The notes under the pieces are model-generated. The model ran no database searches, was not told the DNA's origin, and saw nothing but the letters and a program-made list of their open reading frames with translations. 64,000 nt of DNA from Octopus sinensis. Lineage: Eukaryota. The stretch lies in the NCBI RefSeq assembly GCF_006345805.1, contig NC_043012.1, forward strand, positions 38,006,001-38,070,000. Direction: 5' to 3'. Below, piece by piece: positions 24,282-38,012 of this stretch. Position numbers and translations under genes: made by a program. The first letter of the stretch is position 1, and every line of letters starts with the position of its first letter.

Positions 24282-25018
24282 CGAGAGAGAGAGCTATGCA
24301 TATATGTAGATCTGTAGAAGACTCGAGTTACACGGCCGGGCAGAGTGCAAAATCTAATTTATTACAGAATTACAACAAGCTGCGGTGTGAACGACATTAC
24401 AAGCATTCAAGTAGCAAAGGTTAACCTCAGATATTTACTTTTGCAGTTTCGAAAGTAAGAAGGACGTGTTGGAATTTTCAAGTTAACATTCTCTCGTTGC
24501 AAAGATGCATTTGTCAAATATACATTTTTAACAAGAACATGCTGAGATTTTCACCAACATGGTCAATTCTTTCACTTGTAGATCTCATTAGCAATCTTCT
24601 TTTATAATATTACATATTTCCTTCTTACCATATCAATAGACATTTTTCACCTTCTCTGCCAGAGATGCCGTTACTGCCATTGTTACAATACAATGTAATT
24701 GTGATAAATATTCATAGAATCTATCTAAAATTCCTGTTATTGTCTTCCGAAGAAAACTACAGACTTTTGTCCAAAGAGAGCGAATGCAAGGGCCGAGTTG
24801 ATAGGCTAGAGGACAGCCGGGTTATACAGTTCAGAGTTCCTCAGCGGGGCTACATGTTGTCCGCATCTAGCAGACGACATTTAGCTATGAAATGGCTCAG
24901 TCCTCCTTCGAAGCTTTAAGTACACTGAAGTTGGTTTAGTTAGATCATACGCAGCAGCCTTTACAAGATAATCGACTGAGTATATGGTTAGAATAGTTAT
25001 TATCAAGCAATAACAACA

Positions 25019-25108
<90 letters not shown>

Positions 25109-25320
25109 GGACAGATGCAAGTCAAATGGGCTCCACGTAAGTTGGTAGTTTTCTACGTTTAAAATTGTTGATTGTCAAACATTTTATGTCTAAAAGGTGT
25201 ACAACAATACCCAACACATACTTTCATTAACATCCACAACAAATTTCGCCCTTTTTGGGCAAAATTTAAAAAATTCTCAAAGGCTTCGTCGTTTTATTTT
25301 AGCCATTTTTATTTTCAAAA

Positions 25321-27401
25321 ATGGCTATGAGTCACCACGAGGCCAAAGCGCAAGTCAAGCGTGACGGCCAAACAAAAGAGCAAGATTCCTTGCAACCAAA
25401 TGCTGAACCTGACAGTTCGAACGCCACTAACACCACCACCACCACCATCAGCATCAACAACAGCAACAACTACAAAACCAGGCCGTCCACCGTCACCGCC
25501 ACCAATGATTCCACCATCAACATCGACACCACCACCATAGGAGCTTCTGCTACGACAACTGCTTCCTCTGCTAACGATACCACTACCAACAACAACAAAA
25601 CCAAGGTCGTAAGGCCAATCCCCGTCACCGCAACCAATGATTCTACCATCAACACCGACACCCTCCTTGACAACGCTTACGACGTTGAGTTCCCCATACT
25701 ACTTTCACCACAATTTCATAAAGCAGGGGAAATGGGGGAAAACAACACGAACACAAATGTGAGCATGAACGCTAACATCGCGACCTCCACTCAAAAACTG
25801 GTAAACAACCCGATTTCACAGTTATCTACTACTACTACAAAAACGAACGACAAACTCCACCACATCCCCACAACACACCACCACCACCACCTCCACAAAA
25901 AACATTTCGCGGAAATTTACTCACCAACAAATACAAGACACAAAGTCCTTGCTCACCAAGAAGGTGACACAATGCCTTTAAATATTCCACGGAACACACA
26001 TAGAAGAAACATCAGAAGAACACAAAAAAGACCATCATTTACAGAATCTCAACACCAAAACAAAATACCAGAAAGCCCACCTACAGAAAAATTGAAAAGT
26101 GCCTCTCTTCCGTGTGGAAATTCCGAAATTATGTGAATTGGGGAAGTAAATTTGCTACCGTGCAAATTCGCTTCCATACGGAAGAACTAGCAAAAAACCT
26201 TTCAACGCTTACTCTGCGCACAGACCAGGTAACAATGGTACCTAGCTACCTTGGGCGCAGAGTAACGAAAGTTACAATAAACAATGTGCCGCCAGTAGTG
26301 GATACCCAGTGGCTGGTATCGGCCATCTGCTTCGATATAGAAGAAGCAGATATTTTAGAAATAGCTGACATTTCAGAGGAAAGCTGGACTGGTAAAAAAC
26401 TCGAAATATTTCTTCAAATCTCCCAAGAAGCAATAAACAATTTACCAGCCAGTGTTCAACTGGCAAAAGATAAAAAATTGTATGTAGTGGTGGAGGGCAG
26501 GAGGCCAAGATGCTATTTATGCAACAGTGAGGCACACCTTAGATATGAGTGCCCAACTGCTGTCAGAAATAGGCAACAGCAACAGCAACCACTCCCAAAA
26601 CCTGGAAGGAAACCCCTGCTACCCACACCACCTTCAACCCAAAAGACAGGAAAAACAGCGGACGATACAAAAACTGTTTCCCCCTCACCAACCACATCAC
26701 CAAGAAGAGAATTACCTCCGACATCGCAACCAACAAGAGAAACACGATCACCACTAACATCAAAAGACAGACCAACACCAACACCAGCACCAAGAACAAC
26801 AACCAAAAAAACAAATAACAATGACGAAATGACAAATTCTGCCCCTAATACCCCAACAACACAAACACCACACAAAACAACAACACCTTCTACAAACACA
26901 CATATAGATCCAAACGCTTTGCCTTTACCCCCTTCCGATTCGTCAGACTTTTCGTCTAACGACGAAAGTTCGACTGAATGGCAAATAGCTACCGGGGGTA
27001 AAAGAAAAAGATAAAAAAAAAACAAACAAGAAAATGCAACCAAAGCAGGGAGATACCTGAACCCTGAAAGCTCCTCACACAATCAAACCAGCATCAACAC
27101 CACAAAAACACACACAATACTATCAGCAATAGACACCAAAGACTCAAAACTAATGAAGTACATCACAGCCCACACAAACATCTGTGAAGATGACTTCAAA
27201 ACTAACAACCATCCACGCACTACACCACCCAAACACATCAAAATACTCCACATCACATAGACACAACACCACACACTCAAAGCCCTCTTTCCAAATGCGG
27301 TTGGGGGCTTTCAAAAGTATCTTTCAAAAAAACTTTATAAAAACCTCCTCCCAGACACATCAAAGGACGAGGAAGCCAAAACTTTCGACACAGGTAAGTA
27401 A
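25321..27401 (+). pseudogene. LINE ORF1 (gag-like, CX2CX4HX4C knuckle), disrupted
   Basis: RCYLCNSEAHLRYECP; a frameshift near 26120; the 26112 frame continues through stops at 27012 and about 27258 to DTGK* at 27401. Confidence 0.8.
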
Positions 27402-27451
27402 CTCTCTGTACCTTCCTTTTTGTGTTTTAAAGCACGCACCTCAATAGGATC

Positions 27452-30400
27452 ATGGTCAAGATTGGTTGTGTGAATGCGCGTGGCTTGGGGTCTGCTTGGA
27501 AACAAGGGTACCTCCTAGATTACATCAAGTCACAAGATTTGGAAATCATAGCCATAAGTGAGACCAGACTCCACGAACCACGGGCCCTAAAGTCCATGTT
27601 TGGCGGACAGTTTAACATTTATTTTTCTCCCTGTCTGCCGAGGATGGGCGGTAGTGGCACCGCGGTACTTTTTCACAAGAGCCTGGATCTCGAAGTTAAG
27701 ACGATATTCGTAGACCCGGAGGGTAGACTGGTCGTCCTGGATGTCGACGGCAGCAATAGGTGCGCTTTTCGACTCGTATCAGTCTACGCACCGCCCTTAA
27801 CAGGTCGGCCGGATTTCTTTCGACGTCTAGAAGTATTCCTGGGAACGTCTCGTCCTTTACTTTTAGTGGGGGATTGGAATGCTACCTTGGACACGCGTCT
27901 AGACTATGTGGGGAGAGACAAAAACAGAAGGGGATGCAAATGTCTCAGAGACCTGCTCAGACGATTCCAACTGTCTGACAGGTACCGACTCGACCACCCA
28001 AATGCACCAACGTGGACATGGAGCAACCGCAGTGGGTCGTCGAGATCGTATCTAGATAGGATACTGTGTAGGACAGTAGACAGGGATAACTTAGGATGTC
28101 CACAATTCCACACAGTCAGCTACACGGACCACAAATTCGTGACGTGTACGCTAGACTTAGATAAGGCACATAGACAAGGTCCCGGTTACTGAAAATTGAA
28201 CGCATCATTCCCGTCCAGACAAGTTTTCAGAGACAGAATCAACACCCTAGTAAAAAGGGCTTTAACTGGAGCCATCGTCAACAACAAATGGTGGTTCGCC
28301 CTCAAGAGAGCAGTAAAAGCGGAAGCAATTAGATATAGCAAGGCACTAGCCGTAGATAGAAATAGAGTAGAGGGTGAGTTAGTTAAGAAGTTAGAAGAGG
28401 CAATAAGAAGCGGCATCACATCCGACGTTTTAGCGGCGAGGTTGGCCCTCGACCAACACTTCAACGCCAAACACGAAGGGTGTGCTGTCAGGGCTAGGAT
28501 GCGTGCTCTAAGGATGGAAGGTGTTGGAGCCGCGAGAAAGCCCGGGTGGCGGAGGCGCAGCAGGGCAACAAAGCCGCCATTCGGTCTCTGGTAGACGAAC
28601 AAGGGCGCGAATTGCTCGAGCCCTGCAAGATGTGCGAGACATTTCAGCGGCACTTTGCCCGACTGTACGGGACGAGTGGTGAGCGTGAACGCATGGTGGA
28701 CTTCAGTGCCTACCTGCACAGCCTGCCACGACTCTCGGCAAGAGAGGCAGAGTGCTGCGAAGGTACCATCACGGTGGTGGATGTGCGGGACGCAATGGCA
28801 GAATGCTCGAGGGACAAATCGCCGGGTTTGGATGGTCTGCCCTACGAGTTTTACAATTGTATGCCAGACTTGTTTGGAGACGTCTTGGCAGCGGTATACT
28901 GCAACTGGCAGCAAAACAGGAACATACCCGGTTTTGTGAGTCGAGGAGCCGTAACGCTGCTGGAGAAAGATCCAAACAAGGGGGATATTATAGATAACTT
29001 TAGGCCAATCACTCTGCTCAATGCAGATCTGAAAATTTTGGCCAAGGTGTTAGCCAAGAGGTTGGCGCTTGTCATCGAGAAACTGGTCGACAAGGCGCAA
29101 ACGTGCGCCGTGCCGGGCTGGAGCATCCGTGACAACCTCCATCTCATGCACTACATCATAGACAGAGTTGTTAAGGAACCTGGCATGGGTGGGGCCCTGA
29201 TCAATTTGGATCAATCGAAAGCTTTCGATAGGGTAGACCATCGATACTTGGAGGCAGTCCTGAGAGCGGCTGGTTTCGGTCCCGTCTTCCGCGGCTGGAT
29301 AGCTGCTTTGTACAGAGGTATCCGTTCGGTAATTCGCGTAAATGGACATCTATCAAGACCTTTCGACATTGCACGTTCGGTCCGTCAGGGATTCCCCCTC
29401 TCGTCGCTTCTATACGCATTGACTCTCGAGCCACTACTGTGGAAGCTGGCGTCTCTGAGGGGCATCCCGCGAGAATTGGGATGCGGGACGAGCGTGTCTG
29501 CATACGCGGACGACGTCACCGTCATAGTGTCAAGCCACGAGCACATCGAGCTGGTCGGCAAGACACTGAAAGATTACGAAGCGGTGACAGGAGCGAAAAT
29601 CAATCGGGAAAAGTCAGTGGGCTTCTGACTAGCCACCTGGGTAAGCAAGACCATGCCGTCCACCAGCGCCTCCGTCGTGGGACGCTGGACCGACGGCCCG
29701 ATCGAGTTGCTCGGGGTCTGGTTCGGTCCGGACCTCCAAATGGAGAAGAACTGGAACGAGATAACGAGTAGGGTGGTCACTCTCGCCCAGCAATGGGCCG
29801 AGAGGAAACTGTCCCTAAAAGGTCGGGCGGAGGTGGCGAACACGTACATCGCGTCCATCATCTACTACCGCCTGACCGTCGTGCCTTGTCCCGACCCTAC
29901 CATCACCAAACTAGAACGCATTCTCTTCCGCTTCTTGTGGAAAGGATCCATTTGCGATCCATTTGCTGTCAACACCCGTTAAAAGGAGGGCTGGGCATGC
30001 CGTGGTTGATGATGCACAGACACGCGCTGAGACTGCGACATCTCCGGCTCTATGTAGACGACAGTGAACAGGTGTGGTCGCCGTTTGTGAGGCACGCATT
30101 CCCGCAGCTCGTCTCCATGACCGAACTGCAGTCGTGGATCAAAAAGAGGCCGAGGAAGGGCGAATGGCACCGCGAGTGTCGCGTTGCTCTCAAGCAACTC
30201 TGCCGTCCCGGGTCGACCTTTGAGTGACTTCAACACAACCAAAGCATTCTATAGGGGATTAGTGGAGGGGAGGTACGACGACGATCTTGGGGCGAACCTG
30301 GGCGTCGACCAGGAACACCTGACCCGCCTGTTTGAGACGACTTTCGGGCCGGTACCTATGGACAACTGCCAGAGATCCCTGGCCTGGCAGTGCTACCGAG

Positions 30401-30879
30401 AAGCGCTACCCGTTCGGGATAAGCTCTATAGGCATGGCTCGAGAAACACGGGGCCGACCTGCCCGAGATGCGGGCAGAGCGACGAAACTGTTCTGCACGC
30501 AATCGTGCAGTGTCCAACAATCTCCGACCTGTGGGCTTATGTCGAACGACTGCTGTCACGTGTGGGACATGTTGGTTTATCAGCCGAGTCTATCGTCAAT
30601 ATCGTCACGCCTCCTTCCTTCAAACGGGAAGGAAGAGCTATTTTTATCATACTTGTGGCTATGGCGAAAGAATGTATCTGGTGGACGCGCCTGAAAGGAT
30701 TAGAGACAAACACTTTCCTCTCTGGTCAATCTCTCATCAACTTCTTCAAGTATCAATTGAAGAGGAAAGTGAGAGGAGAGAGGCAAATTTTGTCTAGTGA
30801 TTGTTTTAAAAAAGGATGGGTGAATGTAGCAAGGATGGCACGTATGAATGACGAAGCCACCTTGACTATGATCCTATGA
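27452..30879 (+). pseudogene. LINE ORF2 (APE endonuclease, RT, C-terminal zinc finger), disrupted
   Basis: NARGL, ISETRL, GDWNA, SYLDRI, YTDHK; KSPGLDGLPYEFY, FRPITLLNADLKILAK, DQSKAFDRV, SVRQGFPLS, YADD, CPRCGQSDETVLH; W-to-stop at 28190 and several frameshifts. Confidence 0.95.
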
Positions 30880-31379
30880 ACCCGAAAATTTTAAAACAGT
30901 GTTACCTACTTGCAAACAAATGTGATAACATGTAATAATATTGACCGAGGTTACCGTGGTCTTTTCCGTAGGCTTTTCTCCCCACGGACAAACCTTATCT
31001 GCTTCCCCCTTGACACTTTACACCATGACACTGTGATACATGATCCCTATTGATCGTTTTCCCCTCCTTTTTTTTCTTCCTTCCCTTTTGCGATCCCTTT
31101 TGATCCTAACCCACCTTTTTTTTCTTTCTCCTTTTCTCTCCCACAAAAAGAAAAGCTCTACTTTGTAATCTGTCTCGTCTGTGTGCAGCCCTGTGTGGCT
31201 AATAAAGAAACATATCTATCTATCTACCTATTTATCTGTCTGTTTGTCTATTAATATAAACACTTATATGATATATACAAATGTACCATGCATATCATAC
31301 ATGTATATACACGTACATCCATCGATCCATCGATCCATCCATCGATCCATCCATCCATCCATACATACATTCAATAAGA

Positions 31380-31620
31380 TAGGTCGGAAGGATAACCCAG
31401 AGTCCAAAGTTACAAGAATCTACAGTGTGATACAATGTAGAACCCCTCATGATATGAAAGAATATTGGAGAACTGTCTTTGTGAAAACCTCAATAAAAGG
31501 CTAATGTAATAAACTAGAGATAGCAACTTGGGACAGAGAAAAGAAACTATGTAGAGCTGCAGAGATCAGTTGCCCAGAAGAGGTCCACATAAAGCTACGG
31601 TCATCGACAAAATCCTAACT
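31380..31620 (+). mobile_element. R4-like RLE family C endonuclease fragment
   Basis: KEYWRTVFVKTSIKG*CNKLEIATWDREKKLCRAAEISCP matches the 38.5-40.4 kb and 49.5-50.1 kb pieces. Confidence 0.65.
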
Positions 31621-32669
31621 GTTAAATTCTATTTTAATTTATCTGAAGAAAACAATTTGAAGAAATTGATTTGTTTATCAATAAAAAGCACGTTTGAAAC
31701 AGCTGTAGTGAACTTCAGCTCAATTCTGTTATATACATACCTACACACATACACGCGTGCACACACACACATACACATCAGCATGGCCGCAGTCTAATGA
31801 TGAAAGCAGTGAAGGACAAAAGACGGGCTGCTTTCAGTTTCCGCCTACCGAATCCACTCACAGAGTCTTGGTCACTTCGGGGGCCATAGACGAAGACAAA
31901 ACTGCCAACAGTACGGCGCAGTGGGACTGAAACCGGAACCGTGTGGTTGGGAAGCAAACTTCTTACCACGCAGCCACGCCTAGCGACACCAGACGTTAGT
32001 TGACCAGCAATCTATCAACTCGGCCATCTGCACTCACCGTAATCAGATGATGATTAGGTTATCAAAGCAAGCGACAGACGTTTTGCACTGAAAACGTGTC
32101 AGAAACTCATTGTTCTTTATGACAATAATTTATTTTATTGTTTTACGTACACTTTAACTGCTGCTTCGCTTTTGATTTTAGCTTCTTAAAATCAGACCTA
32201 ATTCCATATGAGAATTTTATAGTTGCTGCAGTGATTGATTTATTACCATTGCTGGCATCATTTCTCACAATATTGCTAAACAGCGTAACGCACCAACTTC
32301 AAAGTTAATGCCGGCGGTTAATAATGAATACTTTTTTGTTTCAAGACGAAATTGTGATACTCGGAAGTGTCCTGACATTTTTCCTATCTTGTAAAGTGCA
32401 GATGTTGAATTATTAATTTCTTGTGTGCTTTGGAAAATATATTTTTTTGGTTATAACGGTTTCTGTCTCTTATTATCTACGATATCGGACTCTGCACAGC
32501 GCTGCGACTGGCCCTGCAAAAGTGCTGAGAGCTTCAATGAATCTGAAAAAATAAAATGATAAAATGATGGATGGAGACTGAAGACATCTGCAACGTTGTA
32601 TGAACGGATTTCTGCCAATAAATGTATGCATGCATGCATACATATATACGTGTGTGTGTGTGTGTGTGT

Positions 32670-32733
<64 letters not shown>

Positions 32734-33119
32734 TGTATAACGCTTTAACTCTAACTTGTTTCAGGTCGAAGGCTGCGGTCATGCTGGGCCACCGCCATTG
32801 GCTTTGCTACACCGGCATTATTTGAAACCTCTGCTATGTGGCATTTGGTGAACGAGGGTGTTTGATGCAGCAGCCCTCATCTGTGGGTTCTTATGTCCCA
32901 GTCACATTATTCTGAGTTGTTAGTCATTCTAGTAAAGTGAAAGACGTTTGTGGATTCAGGACGTGTAGAGACTCCTTACATCGATTCTGGTTGCTTTTCT
33001 TCATAGATTATCTTATTATGTTTAGATAAAGGTCAGGTGTTGCATGGTTTTGGAAGGTTCCGTGGCATAGGTACATGCCATGATTGACAGCTAAATCCAC
33101 AAGTTTTTTTTAATATTCT

Positions 33120-33270
33120 CTCTGTGTTTATTTCCTCGTATTCCTTTCAGTTGAAGAGCATAGGCTCGAAACATAAAAAACTTTCTCACCTTCTCGAGCG
33201 TCAAACTAACACACCTGCTTGTTGTTCATACACCCTTCTTCATCTTTTGTTTTCTTATGAATTTTAACTA
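33120..33270 (+). mobile_element. PLE-like 3' tail with degenerate hammerhead (33144-33180)
   Basis: cttt-CAGTTGA-a-gagc-atag-gctc-GAAA-caTA-aaa; ends in (TA)n. Confidence 0.5.
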
Positions 33271-33280
33271 TATATATATA

Positions 33281-33365
<85 letters not shown>

Positions 33366-33369
33366 TTAT

Positions 33370-34638
33370 AATAGGATTAGCTCGTATACGAGTAGGTATA
33401 TATTTGTAAAAAATGAAGTTCGAAAATGCTGCTGTATTATACAATTTTTAATTTTTATATATACATTATAACATGTTTCAGTTCCTGAAATGAACCTTAT
33501 CAAAAAAAGTTATATATAAAAAGAGACAGCTCATGCCGTCAAACACAAGAAATTCATTTATAATACACAACGGAGTCAGACATCTTAGAGTTCATGTATA
33601 GTTGATATATAGTTCATGTATAGTTGATATATAGTTTGAAGTATATGTTCAAAGTGTTCGATGCAGTGGCCTACGGTGGCGATACGTATTCAATACAAAA
33701 AACAGATCAAAGTGGTGGAAAGCGGTCAATACAGAAGATTGATGTTTCCGAAAGAGCGAGGAATTCATTTTTACCTTAAGCAATTGTGATGACCCATGGT
33801 GGAAGTTCGCTGGGTGGTTCTAGTGATTTTTTGTGAAATGCTTGGTTTTATAATGCCTGTTAGGTGGTCAATCTAGCGTAGCGTGACGTCATCAATGTTT
33901 TGACCAATCGTTTCGTTAGGTGGCTTTAATCAAGTGAAACGGGACGTCATCATTATTTTGACCAATCGCTGCATTATAACTCCCTCTTGTTTGTTTCCTG
34001 TCTTGACCAGTCGCTTCGTTAGTCAAGCATAGCGGGATGTCATCCAGATTCTGCCCAATCACGACTTATAGCTACATTAGATCTGCCCCGTCTGTACTTG
34101 TTAGGTGACTATTCAAGCAGAAAAGGACGTCATCAATATTCTGACTAATGACTGTCCCCTGTTTGTATCCTGTCCATTCTAGCAGAGCTAGACGTCATCA
34201 ACTTGTTGACCAATCAGAATCGGGTCTGACCCTTAGCTGTATCGTATGTATCAGGGTCAGATTTGCACGAAAGAATTTTTTTCCCCTTTTTAACTAAGGC
34301 ATATTTCCGTCAGAGTGAGTGTCTGTTTGAAGTAGCCGCCGTGGTGAAATTTGGTTCTCCTTTTCGGAGGACTTATCTTTTGTTTTAGTATTCCTGGCCC
34401 AGGGTGTTTAAACTTGGTCTAAATTTTTTTTATGAAATATAGTTCTTTATTTTGGCGTTGTGTGAAGGTTGCGTTGTCACTGAATTTATAGAGCGGGTTA
34501 GTTGTAAATTTCGGATTTACATTTCCAGCACATTTTTGCGGTAATCAGGGTTTCTAATTTGTGATTTATGCACCGCCATCCTGTTACGTAAGCTATTTTT
34601 TGTATGGCCTATATACTGCCTATTGCAGCCTGCGCATG

Positions 34639-34640
<2 letters not shown>
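33370..34640 (-). mobile_element. Penelope-like element 3' part (GIY-YIG end + long 3' UTR/pLTR)
   Basis: CAGCNRQYIGHTKNSLRNRMAVHKSQI and, after a frameshift, NPLYKF...ELYFIKKFRPSLN; degenerate HHR at about 33465-33505; (TA)n on both sides. Confidence 0.85.
33884..34215 (+). promoter_or_regulatory. Five CRE-like + CCAAT composite motifs at fixed spacing
   Basis: GACGTCATCA-N6-TGACCAATC (or close variant) at 33885, 33943, 34036, 34126 and 34191. Confidence 0.55.
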
Positions 34641-34693
<53 letters not shown>

Positions 34694-34700
34694 TACATAT

Positions 34701-34745
<45 letters not shown>

Positions 34746-34749
34746 GGAT

Positions 34750-34990
34750 AACGATCCTTCACGGGTCATACCGACTCAGTTTCTCGGTTTCTGTGGCGTA
34801 TATATCATATTCCTCCCCTCCTGGATGGGACGCTGGTCCGTCGCCGGATTGCATATTTTTTTCCAGGTGAGTGGACCGGAGTAACGTGAAATGAAGTGTT
34901 TTGCTCAAGAACACAATCTGTCGCCTTGTCCAAGAATCGAAACCACAATCTTACGATCATGAGTCCACATCCCTACCCACTAAGCCACCA
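34750..34990 (-). mobile_element. tRNA-derived SINE (family C) with V-domain-like segment
   Basis: ctggatgggacgctggtccgtcgc; gtgttttgctcaagaacac; gaatcgaaacc. Confidence 0.75.
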
Positions 34991-34993
34991 GCT

Positions 34994-35039
<46 letters not shown>

Positions 35040-35405
35040 GCACAGACACACACACACACACACTGAGTGTGTAAACGTGTCTCTATGATTATGCTTTTTA
35101 TGTGATGGTATGCGATGGTATGTGTGTATTATATTTGCGTATAAATTTGTCCCTTTTAGGAGTATGAAGAATTTGTCTTCGGGCAACCGCAACCGGTTGG
35201 ATCGGCAGAATCGTTGAAGCGTCGGGAAAAATGCCTTGCGGTATTTGTTTCGGGCTATTTCGAGCTTTAACTTTGCCTTTCATCACGTCAGGGTCAATAA
35301 GATAAAATACCCATCAAATGCTTGAGGAAATGGTATCGACTATATTCACTGCCTTCAAAATTGTTGGCCTTGTGCATGAATAAGAAACCTTCACCACCAC
35401 CACCG

Positions 35406-35695
35406 TGGAGGCACATGGTTAGAGCAGCGGACTCACGGTCGAAGGATCGCGAGTTCGAATCTCAGACCGGGCAATGTGTGTGTTTATGAGCGAAATACCA
35501 AAGCTCGACGCGGCTCCGGCAGAAGGTAATGGCGAACGTCTGCCGACACGTTCGCCACAGCTTTTTGTCACTCTTTTCTCTTGCATCTTGCTGCTCAGCT
35601 GCGACGGACCGGCGTCCCGTCCAGGTGGGGAACCTATACGCCAAGGAAACCGGGAAACCGGCCCTATGAACCAGGCATGGCTTGAGAAGGAACAA
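35406..35695 (+). mobile_element. tRNA-derived SINE with V-domain-like core
   Basis: B box gagttcgaatctc; gcgacggaccggcgtcccgtccagg resembles the V-SINE core (from recall). Confidence 0.7.
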
Positions 35696-36374
35696 GTTAC
35701 CACCACCACCACCACCACCACCACCACCACCGCTGCCACCGTCGCCGCCAACGCCACAGCCGCCGCCACTACCGCCGCCACAGCCGCCACCGCCGTATCA
35801 TCATCATCCTCAGCCTCATCATCATCGTCGTCATCGTCATAGCCAAAGTTTTGTAACCCTGTAGTTTGTGGGACATGACGATTTCCGTGAACATTACACA
35901 GTGGTTGGTTCCCCTTTGAGTTGTTCTCATTCTTGCAGTACCTATTTACAGCTAGATGGACTGTGTCAGCTATTCGAGAGTTGGCCAAAGACACACCACT
36001 GCTCCGATGGTAATATAGGGACCAATGACCTTTCAGCAGATTGTATGCTACGGTTACTGTTACTAACTCTGCTGTCTTATAGGTTTCCTTTAGACACAAA
36101 CATAAGGCGATAGACTTATAAAGCAGATGTTTTCGTATGGAGGCTCAGTCTGACCGCGGTCCCCTGAGTAGAATTTACTTGACGATAACTTCGCAAAGGC
36201 CCATCATAGGTGCGTGTGTGAGTAAGTTTGAGTGAAGGGGAGAGAGAGAGAGAGAGAGAAAGAAAGAGGCTTAGAATAATTTAGAAAGCAGCCAGTGTGT
36301 ATAGTTTTGCCTTTCAGTTGCCGTTGTTGTTCTGACTATTCAACCAAGCCCACATCGCCGACTCATCTATCTAT

Positions 36375-36460
<86 letters not shown>

Positions 36461-36537
36461 GTCTGTCTGTGTCTGTCTGTCTGTCTGTCTCTCTGTCTGT
36501 TGTCTTCTAATCTATCTATCTATCTATTATCTATCTA

Positions 36538-36622
<85 letters not shown>

Positions 36623-37185
36623 TTAGCAAAAACTGAGAATTCTTGTCTGTTTATTAATAGCCATGGACGACCAAAGGCTAAAGACAAACTTGCAACCTTG
36701 ACTCGAAACTCTCAACGCTGAACAACCAGTCTCGGAATACAATATGCTGAACCACGCTTGTTAGTTAGACTGTCGGCTACTCTATTATACTTCAATAAAT
36801 ATTACAAATCATACATTTAACTTACTACCGGCTGTGCAACCCTCGCGTCAATATTTCTCATTAAGAGTTATACGGCTCATAAATAACAACAATAACAACA
36901 ACAACAGCAGTACCAATAACAATTGCTACTACTACTACTAGTATTAATAACAACAACAGCAATAGTAAAGCCAGAAAGTAAATTAATCGTTCCGTAAAGT
37001 AGTGCCAATAGTTTTTCTCTCTCCAATATATGTATTTTAGTTTTCAAAACATAATCAGTGATCTGTCAGCGAGATAAATAGACGTGTGTTCCGAGAATAT
37101 TTATTGATACGCACGTATTTACGCATCACATACATTCATACAATCATATATATATGTATATATAACATATTTATATATATATATG

Positions 37186-37224
<39 letters not shown>

Positions 37225-37427
37225 ATACATATATATATATGATATACATACATATATATATATATATATATGATATATATATATACATATATATACATAT
37301 AGCATATATAACACACACACACACATATATATACCATATATATATATACATACATACGCGCATACATACATATACACATATACACACACACACACACATA
37401 TACATATATGCATATATTTATGCACAT

Positions 37428-37832
37428 ACTCTTTTTACTCTCTCTTTCACTTGTTTCAGTCATTTGACTGTGGCCATGCTGGAGCACCGCCTTTAGTCGA
37501 GCCAATCGACTCCAGGACTTATTCTTTGTAAGCCTAGTACTTATTCTATCGGTCTCTTTTGTCGAACCGCTAAGTTACGAGGACGTAAACACACCGCCAT
37601 CGGTTGTCAAGCGATGTTGGGGGAGGGGGAGGACAAACAGACACACAAACATGCATATATATATATATATACATATATACGACGGGCTTCTTTCCGTTTC
37701 CGTCTACCAAATCCACTCTCAAGGCTTTGGTCGACCCGAAGCTATAGTTGAAGACACTTGCCCAAGGTGCCACGCAGTGGGACTGAACCCGGCCATGTGG
37801 TTGGTTAGCAAGCTACTTACCCCACAGCCACC
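37428..37832 (-). mobile_element. SINE family A, near full length
   Basis: Reverse complement of the 2292-2697 organisation. Confidence 0.85.
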
Positions 37833-37973
37833 CCTGAACACATACATGCATTAGTAATTCACATACACAAGCATAAACCACATAAGCCCCTACATGTGTT
37901 GTAACAAAATTAATATAGTTCTACATACATGCATATGCATGGATGTATATGTGTATATACATACGTATACGTG

Positions 37974-38012
<39 letters not shown>

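Larger units (their letters stand above)
25110..31212 (+). mobile_element. Tx1/L1-clade LINE, full length, defective
   Basis: Two ORFs (CCHC ORF1; APE-RT-zinc finger ORF2), 3' UTR, AATAAA at 31201; 5' boundary uncertain (25110-25270). Confidence 0.92.

Noticed and set aside
23700-24920. Scattered LRR/LRRCT-like words (NELKAIPDEL, NLRYLLLQ, QCNCD) suggesting a decayed LRR gene
   Set aside because: They lie in different frames with many stops; only a tBLASTx or profile search could rescue this.
27394-27447. GTAAGT...AG mini-intron that could fuse LINE ORF1 to ORF2
   Set aside because: Both acceptors give 39- or 54-nt introns that keep the ORF1 frame, not the ORF2 frame, so no fusion results.
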